Shown here piece by piece: positions 20,271 to 30,466 of a stretch of DNA of 64,000 nucleotides. The DNA lies in the NCBI GenBank assembly GCA_000004985.1, contig GG738914.1. One strand, 5' to 3'. The notes below the pieces were generated by a model. That model was given only the letters and a program-made list of their open reading frames with translations. It had not been told where the DNA came from and did not search any database. Origin of the DNA: Naegleria gruberi. Taxonomy: Eukaryota. How positions within the stretch are numbered: the stretch's first letter is position 1; every line of letters begins with the position of its first letter. The position numbers and the translations under genes are program-made.

Positions 20271-21575
20271 ATGGGGAACAGACATTTGAAAGCAAAATCA
20301 ATTTCTAACAAGATCGCTCCGAGTGAGCAGATACAGATAGCAAATATTCATGATAAATCATATTCTTCATCACTTTCTGAATCACTAGAATTTACTCATC
20401 TATTATCTATGGGAAGTAATGATAAAGGTCAACTTGGACGAAACTTGTTTAAAGAAGATGATACTGAAACTTATCCGATAGGACCAGTTCTTGAACTCTA
20501 CCATAAAGAAACACCAAAATCCATCGAAGATGAATACGAGAGATTAGAAATGGATTCAAGAATTCTCAGAGATATCAAACATGTAGCCGCCGGCAGATCT
20601 CATCTCTTGCTGGTGACCAATTCCAATAAGATTTATGCGATGGGCTTCAATAACTATTCACAATTGGGATTCAAGGAGGAAGAACAATACATTCCCAGAT
20701 TGAGACCTGTTGAGCTACCAGAAAAAGTTTCATCAGTGGATGGAGTTGCTGCTGGTTGGTTTCACTCAATTATTCTATGTGATGGTGGAAAGATTTTCAG
20801 TAGTGGACATTCGTTCTTTGGTCAGACTTTTGATGTCAAGATGGGTTCATCATTTCAGAGGTCGAATAAGATGAAATTTCTGGAGAGGGATAATTGTAAA
20901 GTGAATAGTGTGCATACAGCAACATTTTCATCGAGTTTGCTTGTGGATGGTTGGAAGATTTATGCATGTGGAGAAATGGATGCCAATTCGAATTCGTCTA
21001 ATTATTTGGTGCCTGGATGTGACATTTTCAAACAAAAGGAATCAATTAAGAGTGTGAAACATGCTGATAAGGGAATTGTTGTGCTAACGCATAAGGGAAA
21101 TGTCTATATGGCCAATAAGGATAGAGGTTTCCATGAAATAGTTCAGAATGTTTACAGTTTCGTACCATCTCACATGTATGAAACAACTTATTTCTTGAAG
21201 AATAATTCAAATATCTTGACAGAGTGTAATTTGGGACCATTCTCTGTTCGATCCAATATTGACATTGGACGATTTGTACAGAAATATGGACTCGAAAATA
21301 TTCAAATATGTGCAGGATATTGTTTCTACTATTTGGTTGTAAATAAGAAAAGAGTTTACTCAATTAATGGAACAGAACTCAAAGAAATACTAAACCTCGA
21401 AGGAGTTTCCACCAGTGTCCTCATTAAGGAAGTCGTTTCGACCTCAGACTGTACTTATGTTGTATTCGAAAGATGTATTTCCACAGCCAGTGAAAAGCTA
21501 ATGAAAACAAGACTCTTGAAAAATCAAAAGCATGCAGATCTCCTCATTACCACCCAAACCACTCAACTGGATTGA
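20271..21575 (+). CDS. RCC1-like (regulator of chromosome condensation) beta-propeller repeat protein (434 aa).
   Basis: Repeats of the type LLSMGSNDKGQLGRN, KIYAMGFNNYSQLGF, KIFSSGHSFFGQ, KIYACGEMDANSNSS, NVYMANKDRGF. ATG in an aaaaaaatATG context. Confidence 0.6.
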   Translation: MGNRHLKAKSISNKIAPSEQIQIANIHDKSYSSSLSESLEFTHLLSMGSNDKGQLGRNLFKEDDTETYPIGPVLELYHKETPKSIEDEYERLEMDSRILRDIKHVAAGRSHLLLVTNSNKIYAMGFNNYSQLGFKEEEQYIPRLRPVELPEKVSSVDGVAAGWFHSIILCDGGKIFSSGHSFFGQTFDVKMGSSFQRSNKMKFLERDNCKVNSVHTATFSSSLLVDGWKIYACGEMDANSNSSNYLVPGCDIFKQKESIKSVKHADKGIVVLTHKGNVYMANKDRGFHEIVQNVYSFVPSHMYETTYFLKNNSNILTECNLGPFSVRSNIDIGRFVQKYGLENIQICAGYCFYYLVVNKKRVYSINGTELKEILNLEGVSTSVLIKEVVSTSDCTYVVFERCISTASEKLMKTRLLKNQKHADLLITTQTTQLD

Positions 21576-22121
21576 GTTTTCCATCAACTTCTTCTCCGAT
21601 TCCTTCCGAGCTCCAAATAAAACTCCAACTCCGAATCTCGACTGATTCATATTCCATTCCAATTACCTTCCCATTAATTATCTTTGCTTATTCCATTTTT
21701 CAATTCCAAATTATTAAATATCACTTTTAATTTTAATTATTAAAATGAAATTGTTCTCTCATCACCAAAGAAAGATCCCAATGTTCAAAAAGGCTTTAAA
21801 AATTTATTAACGTTAAATCTTCCTAGTGAGTACGATTCGCACTTGGTGCAGATTTTTTCAATTTTGTTCATCCTCAAAAAAAAATTTACAACTTCTGCTT
21901 TGAACGGTAGCTGCTATTTTTCGATTCGAGAAAAGAATACCTTTCATTATTGGCCAATTCGGAAGCCCTAACACGCAACACTGAAAAATCAACTTGCTGA
22001 TTCACGTGTGTCGTGCTCGAGTACTAGTAGTAACACCTATATAACATCGTTTTGGATTGTGCTAGTAATAATAATATTTTAATAATAGAATTTATACAAT
22101 TTAATAATATATTGGAAGAAA

Positions 22122-23279
22122 ATGGGACAAAATCAAGGAAGTGAAGCCTATGAGGATGGTTCATCATCGTCGACAGGATTTACTTTTAATAGGGACTATC
22201 TGGATGAAGAAAGAGGAGCTAGTAAAGGCATTGCCATCAACAAGCATAATAATTATGGAAGTGAATCTGGCTCTCTAACAAATGATACTCCAATACGTAC
22301 CTATCACTACACTGGCAGTACACGTGAGATGAGAGAGTATTTGCCTTCAAAAGTAGTAACACCTGGTTCTCCTGTTAAAAAAGAAAGAATTTCTTCTAAT
22401 TTACATGAAACCAGCTCCGAAGTTTGGAAAAAGAGTTATCTCTACAAATTATGCGAACAATTATCACCTAGTTTAGTAGTATGCATTGAACATTGGGTGA
22501 AAGAAGACTCGGACACACTGACCGGATTATGTATCAGGTATAATATTGATGAAAAGGTAGAATTAGCAACTATTAATTCTACAGGAGTGGATGATGAAAG
22601 TCTTTCTCACGCTCCTAGTATGTTCATACCAGTTCATGAATATAACATTCAAATATTGAAATCCATGTCAAAATCCTCCCAAAACTCACCAACAACATCA
22701 ACCCCTAAAAAGAAGTCTAAAAAACCTTCGGAAGAATTTGTAAATAATTTCATGTCTCCAGAACTTTTGGCTAGTATGATATTCAGCGATGGACATGCAT
22801 CTTTTTCAGCAACACATTTATATTTGCATGATTACTATTTTACTTCACACCAACCTGATTTGACAGCAATCAAGCATTGTGCTGAAAATTGTCAATTTTA
22901 TAGAACTATTGATTTCAAACATATTTCCCTAGTTACTAAAATATCTTCAGTCAAATCTATTGCTTCACTCGCTTCAGGAAATAACGTGTGTATTTCTAAA
23001 GAAGTATTCAATTTTGTATCCTCCCCACACAAACACGAGTCACAATTTGATAATTTATTCATGGTCCATTTCAAAGAACCAAAGGAAATAGAGAATACTA
23101 TGATCTCAGAAAATCCAGAAAGAATTGGTGTCATGAAAAGCACCAAGCTAGAGGGTAATTTACTTCGCCACACATTATCACGTCAAATGCCAATTTTGTT
23201 CCTCATTAACTCGGAGAAAGTTAGTGAATTTTTGGAAACTTTACAGGACTATGTAGCTGTCAACGATGAGCAATTATAA
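22122..23279 (+). CDS. Hypothetical protein (385 aa) starting MGQNQGS, a possible N-myristoylation site.
   Basis: Single ORF with A-rich start context and no recognised domain. Confidence 0.5.
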   Translation: MGQNQGSEAYEDGSSSSTGFTFNRDYLDEERGASKGIAINKHNNYGSESGSLTNDTPIRTYHYTGSTREMREYLPSKVVTPGSPVKKERISSNLHETSSEVWKKSYLYKLCEQLSPSLVVCIEHWVKEDSDTLTGLCIRYNIDEKVELATINSTGVDDESLSHAPSMFIPVHEYNIQILKSMSKSSQNSPTTSTPKKKSKKPSEEFVNNFMSPELLASMIFSDGHASFSATHLYLHDYYFTSHQPDLTAIKHCAENCQFYRTIDFKHISLVTKISSVKSIASLASGNNVCISKEVFNFVSSPHKHESQFDNLFMVHFKEPKEIENTMISENPERIGVMKSTKLEGNLLRHTLSRQMPILFLINSEKVSEFLETLQDYVAVNDEQL

Positions 23280-23507
23280 ATACATGATTTAAATTTTGTT
23301 AAATCTAAAATAATGTTTTTTAATATCACAATTCATTATTCCTAACAAGATATCAATATCCATAGGTTCCTTAAAGACTTCCAAGTGGATTAAGTTCAAA
23401 AGGCAGTTTGTAATATTGTCCATTATTATTGTGTTGAGTAGTGAACATATTCTCCTAGTAGTTTTTCAGTAATCAACTTAATTATCATTGCAATATATTA
23501 CACAAAT

Positions 23508-24213
23508 TTACATTTCTTCCACATCATCCCCTTTAGGTCCTCTCTTTTTAGATGTTGTCTTTTCCTTCTTGGCTTTTTGACTTTGTCTGTATTGATTCAA
23601 AGTTCTAACCATTTCATCTTTATATTCACCAAGTTCCAATTCATCCAAAGCCTCAAGAACATCATCAGCTGTGAGTGTTGATCGTTTGTGTTTTGTTGCT
23701 TGTTCTTGAGCACTATAATTATATTAAATAATATAAATAATCATTTGAGTATAATTATCATTCGTCATCAATTAATTGATTTTAAAATCCAATAAGAATA
23801 ATAAGAACATTAACCATTAAATTATCATCTCGAATTAAAACATACGTTGCAGTTAGATACATAATAAAAACAACAGCAGCCTTTGAAAAGGCTAATTTGG
23901 TATCATTAGAAAGTTGTACCTCATCAGGAATTATTCTCCTAATCACTCTCAACACATTTGATCTTGGTAAATCAAAGCTATATTCTCCTTCGCCACCATC
24001 ACCACCACCAGATGTTGAATTTGCCAAACTAGATGATGAAGCACTTGCCGATACGGTTTGTTGATGACTTGTACGATTACCTGCTGAAGATCCACCTCTT
24101 GTACTTCCCTTCTTTGGTCCTCTCTTTCCAGGTGTTGATTGTTGTTGTTGTTGCGGCTGTGGTGGAAGGTGATGAAATCCACCGTGGAATGGCTGATGAG
24201 GAGGATGATCCAT
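23508..24213 (-). CDS. Histone-fold protein of the DNA polymerase epsilon subunit 3 / Dpb4 / CHRAC (NF-YB-like) type. Two exons: 24213..23846 and 23712..23508.
   Basis: Exon 1 is a Q/S/G-rich disordered N-terminal region followed by LPRSNVLRVIRRIIPDEVQLSNDTKLAFSKAAVVFIMYLTAT. Donor AC|GTATGT at 23846/23845. A 133-nt AT-rich intron follows, with acceptor tattatAG at 23714-23713. Exon 2 reads T-AQEQATKHKRSTLTADDVLEALDELELGEYKDEMVRTLNQYRQ..., matching the POLE3/NF-YB alpha2-L2-alpha3 consensus (KRKT(L/I)..(D/E)DVL.A.(E/D).(L/F)). Phases agree (exon 1 is 368 nt, phase 2). Stop TAA at 23510..23508. Confidence 0.65.
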
Positions 24214-24609
24214 CTTGTATTCTTGTTAATGTTATTTTGTTTTTAATATTTTAAATTTTAAAAAATAATATTTAAAAAAATTTACAAATCCAGTTTGATG
24301 AATTAATTTTTGGTTTTCATTGTTGTTTTTGATGATGAATTAATTGTTAGAATTCATGGAAACAAATTTTAGGAATCAAGATATTTCCGAAGGCTTTGAT
24401 GATTCATTAGAATTTTACGTTTTTTACAATATTTCTCGGATAGATGTAAAGAAAGGAGAAAGGAAATTAGTTTGTACTCATATCTTGATTATAGGAGGTC
24501 CAAGGTAGCAAGTCCTGAGTTTCTACGCCATGTCCTGTAAAAGGACAAATTCCAATCATCTATTTATGTGATGAAGATTGATTCCAAACAAAGCAACACA
24601 ACAAACAAA

Positions 24610-25581
24610 ATGTCTAGAATTATTCTCTTGACTGGTGCTACAGGTACTATTGGAAAGCTTTTACTTGAATTTTTGAATGAAAAATCAACAACAGAAGAAT
24701 TGACTGTTAGAATTATTGTAAGAAATGTTGAGAAGGCAAGGGAAAATGTAAAGAATTTTGAAAAGTTAAAATTTGAATTTGTTGAAGGAGATTTGAATGA
24801 TTTGGATAGCTTGAAGGATCCACAAGAGGTATTCAATCAAATTGAAAGATTATTTATTCTCACAATTGATAGTCCTGATAAATCAGATATTGAAACTAGA
24901 TTGGCAGAGTTGGCACTTGAACATTCACCATCTTTGGAACAAATTGTCAAGTTCAGTGCTTTGGGAGCATCTGAAGATTGTGAAACAAATAGTGTTTTCC
25001 GTTGGCAAGGAGAAGCTGAAAAGTCACTCATCAAGCTCCTTAAAAATCATAACAAGAAAGAAAAGAATCATTTGGTTTCACTTGTCTTGATTAGACCTAA
25101 TCTATTCATGCAAAATTTATTGTGGAATGATGAATTGGAATCTATTAAGGGAGGATTTCTCATTCGTCCAGATTCCAATCCAACAAGTTTATTCCACATT
25201 TCTCATGTTGATGCCAGAGACATTGCCGAATTAATTTCCATCGTATTATTGGAGAAGGATCACAAGAAGCATGGCAATCAAACCTATAACATTACAGGAC
25301 CAATGGTTTTAACCTATGAAGAAATTGCAACCATGCTTTCCAATCATTCAGGAAAGGAAATTACCTATCAAGCAGTTCCAGAATCCTACTATGCTGACAT
25401 TCTCAAACAAGCTCAACTTCCCAACGAGTTCATCTGGACAATGCTCAAACTCTATCAAACCTACAAGTGGAATCCAATGACTCGTCTCATTTTCAGTGAT
25501 TTCCAAATAATCACTGGCAAGCCACAACGTTCCTTTGAGCAATTCCTCTCTGACTATCAATTCTCCCTCAAATTACAATAA
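24610..25581 (+). CDS. NmrA-like / atypical short-chain dehydrogenase, NAD(P)-binding Rossmann protein.
   Basis: MSRIILLTGATGTIGKLLLEF gives a TGxxGxxG Rossmann motif directly after an ATG in an aaacaaaATG context. The track ORF starts 14 codons earlier, at 24568. Confidence 0.6.
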   Translation: MSRIILLTGATGTIGKLLLEFLNEKSTTEELTVRIIVRNVEKARENVKNFEKLKFEFVEGDLNDLDSLKDPQEVFNQIERLFILTIDSPDKSDIETRLAELALEHSPSLEQIVKFSALGASEDCETNSVFRWQGEAEKSLIKLLKNHNKKEKNHLVSLVLIRPNLFMQNLLWNDELESIKGGFLIRPDSNPTSLFHISHVDARDIAELISIVLLEKDHKKHGNQTYNITGPMVLTYEEIATMLSNHSGKEITYQAVPESYYADILKQAQLPNEFIWTMLKLYQTYKWNPMTRLIFSDFQIITGKPQRSFEQFLSDYQFSLKLQ

Positions 25582-25689
25582 ATCCAATGATTTTACAATA
25601 TTCTCCTCAACAACATGTAAAACTGAAACAAAATGACCTGAAATGAACTTTGATAAAAAGTTCATGGCGCCAAAATAAATACAAAAAAA

Positions 25690-26202
25690 ATGTCTCAACA
25701 AGAATCATTAGATGCTCCACCAATTATTGAACAAATGGTGATGCAATCACAAATGTTTGAAGATCCGATCACTGGTGAGATGAATGTGAGTCATACCTAT
25801 GTAAAACCAAACTGTGGAGGAGGAAAATATCATGGTGAATTAATTGATGTTCGTATCAAGGCAAAGAAGGCTCATGATTTGTATCAAGTCATTGTTAAGC
25901 CTCATGATCAAAAAGTCATGAAGGGAATTGGAAGTGTCAGAGTTCTTCATAATGATCAGGAACTTGTTGCTGATAGCTCTAACTTTGGATCGGAAAGTTC
26001 AATTGATCTCGATTTTAAAGCAAGTAATGGAATGAAGGTTGTTGTTGAAATCGATTGGAAGTACAAGTAAGTTTATTGAGGAGTATATTTTATATTCATT
26101 TTTCTTATTATTAGTATTAAAGCTGTTTGGCCACCAATCATTCAAGAAGAATTAACTGTAGATAGTCATAAAGAAGTCCACATTGTTGTGAAAGTCAAAT
26201 AA
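25690..26202 (+). CDS. Small hypothetical protein with two exons: 25690..26066 and 26115..26202.
   Basis: Exon 1 ends ...EIDWKY then AA|GTAAGT. A 48-nt AT-rich intron ends ttattattAG. Exon 2 (T ATT AAA GCT GTT TGG CCA ...) continues the frame to TAA at 26200-26202 (…NIKAVWPPIIQEELTVDSHKEVHIVVKVK). Without splicing the ORF stops at 26070. The intron is unusually short. Confidence 0.4.
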
Positions 26203-26254
26203 GAAGATTCAATTGTGAACTATTCAATGAAATGTAATTAAATAATTATGAAAA

Positions 26255-27177
26255 TCAATCATGCACTACAAATTTCTTATCAGTGACAATTGCAAGATAT
26301 TTGCATTTCTTTAAAAAGAAAAAAGCCAATGGACTATTTTGGACGTTCACTGGTACTTTCTTTTTGTAATCACTATCATAACAATCAATAATGGGTTTGG
26401 ATGCAGTTGCAAAATAGATTTTCTTCTTATAGAGATCCAAAGCAAATTGGGTTGGTGGATTACTGCAATAAGTTTTGTTCACCACTTTCATTTGCTTTGA
26501 CAAATGATATATTGTATAATAATAATGTGGTCCAAATGTACAAGTACTCAGAATCAAATTATGATTCAATTCATCATATCCAAATCCATATAATCCACCA
26601 TTTGACTTATCGACCCCTTTTGCCTTAATTTTATCCAATACTTGACCTGTCTTGGTATCCATCAAGTATATATGTTCTCCATAATCCGGCATACTATAGA
26701 TTATGCCTCTTTCATCCTCCAAAAATCGTTGATTACGTGCTTCAACATGAACACTCCACAATACAGACCCACTCTCCAAATCTACTTTTTTCACCTCTGT
26801 TCCATCACCATTAATAAGGAAGCTTTTCTCTGTCTTTAAAGGAAATAATCTAGAATAGGGTTGGGCCAGTGCATATCTTCCGAGTGTTTTAATTTGAATT
26901 TCGTTGTGGAATTATCATCATCAGCATTAATTATAATAATTTCTCCAACAAACACTTGCGGATTGTTGTCTGGTGAATAGGGATTATTAACTTTTACAGT
27001 GATAGCAACAATGTAATCCTTATCGGAATGAGGACAGTGAATCGAGCTCATGACACAGTTTTCATTCTCCAGCAGAGGAAAATCAATATTTGCCACTACG
27101 TTTTGTTTAGATTGATAACCTTTATTATCATCACTGCTGAACTGTTGCTGTTGAGCATTAACGTTGTTCGTGCTCAT
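26255..27177 (-). CDS. Hypothetical protein (possible beta-propeller-like fold) split by an apparent -1 frameshift near 26836..26842.
   Basis: ORF 26836..27177 (MSTNNVNAQQQQ...HWPNPILDYFL*) and ORF 26255..26794 both look coding. The second ORF's frame is open upstream to 26830 (…LKTEKSFLINGDGTEVKKVDLESGSVLW). No GT..AG pair can join the two frames. They are related by a single-nucleotide shift inside cctttaaag. Confidence 0.45.
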
Positions 27178-27301
27178 CGTATTTTATTTCAATATCTAAT
27201 ACAACAGCAAAGTGAACTTGATCTCTACTAACTTTAACATGTTTGTACTAAGGAATTTGGAAATGGTTGCCAACTTGTGTTGAGGGAAATATTGTTGTGC
27301 T

Positions 27302-29008
27302 TTATTCCTTCTTTTGATGTTTACCTGTTGATGGAATAAGTGTTAAAAATACATAAATTGGAATGAAGAGGAGATGTCCAATCCAACGCATTGATGAGAA
27401 GAATTGAATGGAACTATCCCATGAAAGTAAGAGGAATGGTGGTAATAAATAACTGGTGAAAATATTGGTTCCAATGAAGGAGAGGGTTTTGTAAAAGATG
27501 GACATGAATTTGGAATTCTTTTCACTGAAAGTATTCTCCACATCATTCAAAAAGAGTGGACGCACTTTCTTGTGAGCCATTCTTCCAATGAAATGCAAAC
27601 AAATAGCATAGTTTGTCCACATGACATAGTAACCAGAGTAAAGACCGTGCCATGAAGCACTAACGAGGAAAGTAATGATGGTATTCTTAGTGCCAGCTCC
27701 AGATCCAACTCTTGAATAGACATAGTTACGGAGCCATTTGGAAACTGAAACATTCCATGTTGTGGTAATATCACGAAGATTTGAAGAAAGAAGATGATTC
27801 AAATATTCAATTGATTCACATCCAGCATAGCTGTACTGATCTGTCTTTCTATCCTTTTGATATCCCATACCACAGATAATCATGGCCGATTCAGACCAAC
27901 ACCAACCGACAATATATTTGAACTTGATTGCAACCATACATGCCCACGAGAAAGCAAGTTTGTACAATAGAGAACTTCCGAATAATTGTTGATCTCCCAC
28001 TCTATCATAAATAACATCCTCCAATTGTGGTCTATCAAAGATTGGCAATGCCTTCAAGGTCAATACCATATTCACCATAGCAATTAAAAGATTTGTGAAA
28101 ATTTTCTTCCAGTGAATTGGTGGATTTTGACGATTTGGTTTCAATTCCATCTTGTTTAAGAATGAAATATCCTCATCAAACTCTCCATAAATCATTCTCA
28201 AGTAATCACTAATTTCATAAATTGGACCTGTCAAAATTGAAGGGAAGAAGAACATGTAACTGAAATATTCCAATAGCCCTGGCATTCTCTCCATACGATT
28301 TACCTTGTGATAATAATTCATCTTTTCATCAGATTGAGCAATCATTCCATCGTAGATATTCCAAGCAACTGAGATAGTCTTGAGAGTGGCAAGCATTTGA
28401 AGTCCAGTAAAATCCAACTTCCAACCAAGATAATCAGTAATCATTCTATTATAATGACAAATTAACAAGTATCCAAATGAAAAGAAGAAGGCAAATAATG
28501 GAACAATCAATCCCAACCTCGATTTCTTCAAATATTCTCTCACTGAACTACTCATTCCAACTGTCAAAAACAACCACACATAAACAATCAAAGGAATGGC
28601 AACTGAATGCAAAGTAGCACTTCCAAATGTGTAGAAACAATAAAACAATCCAACAATCAATCCAAATAATATCCTAGCCATTCCAAAAGGTAAACTTCTC
28701 ATCAAGAATGCCATCGGAATATTCACAACAATCAAAAACATCATATATGTACAAGCACTCACATCCAAACCAACCAATGAAGCAGCCTTTTCCATCCATT
28801 GATCCACAGGCTTCACCAGCCTTTTCATTGTTTCAATCATCATCACCAAGCCTTCGTGCGAACCAAGTAAAACACCTGGCCATGATATCAACTTTCCAAC
28901 CATTCCATCCAACCATATATTCCCCACCAAATTGGTTCCAATACTTCCTTGTTGCATTAATTTTCCAATCAAATCAGAAACACCCACATCAATAGACGAT
29001 GATGACAT
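27302..29008 (-). CDS. Membrane-bound O-acyltransferase (MBOAT) family, lysophospholipid acyltransferase-like (568 aa).
   Basis: Multi-pass hydrophobic protein with MBOAT signature regions (...WNIYDGMIAQSDEKMNYYHKV... and SASWHGLYSGYYVMW with the conserved His). ATG in a gaaaATG context. Confidence 0.7.
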   Translation of the reverse strand: MSSSSIDVGVSDLIGKLMQQGSIGTNLVGNIWLDGMVGKLISWPGVLLGSHEGLVMMIETMKRLVKPVDQWMEKAASLVGLDVSACTYMMFLIVVNIPMAFLMRSLPFGMARILFGLIVGLFYCFYTFGSATLHSVAIPLIVYVWLFLTVGMSSSVREYLKKSRLGLIVPLFAFFFSFGYLLICHYNRMITDYLGWKLDFTGLQMLATLKTISVAWNIYDGMIAQSDEKMNYYHKVNRMERMPGLLEYFSYMFFFPSILTGPIYEISDYLRMIYGEFDEDISFLNKMELKPNRQNPPIHWKKIFTNLLIAMVNMVLTLKALPIFDRPQLEDVIYDRVGDQQLFGSSLLYKLAFSWACMVAIKFKYIVGWCWSESAMIICGMGYQKDRKTDQYSYAGCESIEYLNHLLSSNLRDITTTWNVSVSKWLRNYVYSRVGSGAGTKNTIITFLVSASWHGLYSGYYVMWTNYAICLHFIGRMAHKKVRPLFLNDVENTFSEKNSKFMSIFYKTLSFIGTNIFTSYLLPPFLLLSWDSSIQFFSSMRWIGHLLFIPIYVFLTLIPSTGKHQKKE

Positions 29009-29295
29009 TTTCCTTTTTCTCTCTCTTTTATAAACCTAACCAAGTTTCACTATTATCTTTTCGTAGCTGCTGTTTGTTTGTTTGCTGTTATCTTTGAAAA
29101 CTACAAAAAAACCTGTGGCGCGTAATTTTGTGTTTTTTTTTGTTATGTGTGAAGTTTACTTGAAGTGTGTTTGACAATGATGACGAGAATTTGTTGAAGG
29201 TTCATCACCTCAACTAGCTCCGAAGGGATTGGTTTGTGTAAAGTAGGTGTTTGAATGCTGCTGAACTTTCTTCCATGGTTTTATTGGAATGTATA

Positions 29296-30383
29296 TTACA
29301 ATTTGGATGGCAATTCAATGATTATTTTGGTTCCTTCATAAGGTGGAAGATCAATTTGTAATTTATCCAATAGAGATTGAGGCATGAATCGTCCACCAAT
29401 GAAATGTCTTCCCTTAAAATGAATGGCACACTTCTTTGGAGATGGCAATGAGACAATGACATCACATCTCAATCCAATCTGTAAATTTTCCTCAATATTT
29501 TCATTATCAACATCCCATCCACTTGGTAGATCAATTGAAAGAATTGGAGTGTTATTTCCTGGCTTTTTTAAAGTGTCAATAACTGTCTTGAAAGGTTCTC
29601 TAATTCCTTGTTTTCCTGAGAAGGAATATCCAAAGATTGCATCAACAATGAAATCGAATGAAGAATCTTCCAATAATGGTGAATTAGTTTCATAATGAAT
29701 TGGAATTGAAAAGTGGGTACATTGTAAAAGCAATCGCTTGTATAAATCCTTTTGTGCAGCCTCCTTCTTTGGATATAAAACAATTGGAGAATAACCAAAT
29801 TGTTTCAAATGTCTGGCACATACCAAACCATCACCTCCATTATTTCCAGGTCCACAAACAACTATTTTCAAATATTATTATGAAAATATATTAAATATTA
29901 TTACAATTATTAATAAATATTAATAATTCCAGAATATTAATCATTATGAAATCAAAAGTATCGTGATGAAAACATACTCAAACATTTTCCACCATTCTTC
30001 AATCCACTCAATGGAAAAGCCTCCACACAAGCATGACTCACCGATAATCCAGCAAGTTCCATCAATTGATCAGTGGAAAATCCATACGATTCTCCCATCA
30101 ATTCTACATCAATCTCGAGTGATTCCGAAGCAGATAAATACTTGTGCATTTTTTTAATATTTGTTGTTGTTCGTGGAACTTCCAATGTTGATCGTTTATC
30201 GGGTTGTTGCTGATGATCATCATATTTACAAAATATTAAATTGGTGTGATAATTTAAATTCTCACTACTTGTATTTCGATGCATGATTGAGAGTTTGGAA
30301 TACCTGGAAGGTTTACAATAATAATATTGTGTTGAAATTGGAGAGGATGAGAATTTAACAAGGTTGAGAAATTGCTTGTTCAT
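29296..30383 (-). CDS. NAXE: NAD(P)H-hydrate epimerase (YjeF N-terminal domain, AIBP/NAXE homolog). Two exons: 30383..29978 and 29861..29296.
   Basis: Exon 1 is an N-terminal presequence-like region followed by ESLEIDVELMGESYGFSTDQLMELAGLSVSHACVEAFP...GGKCL, then A|GTATGT. A 116-nt AT-rich intron (29977..29862) ends aaaatAG. Exon 2 reads (I)VCGPGNNGGDGLVCARHLKQFGYSP...DAIFGYSFSGKQGIREPF...SIDLPSGWDV...LPSPKK, conserved across the family. Phases agree (406 nt, phase 1). Confidence 0.8.
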
Positions 30384-30466
30384 TATTTGATGAATAAATA
30401 TATGTTTGTTATTTTTTTTAATGTAGATATAAAGACCTTAATTGGGTTTCTCACGTTATTGTAAAG

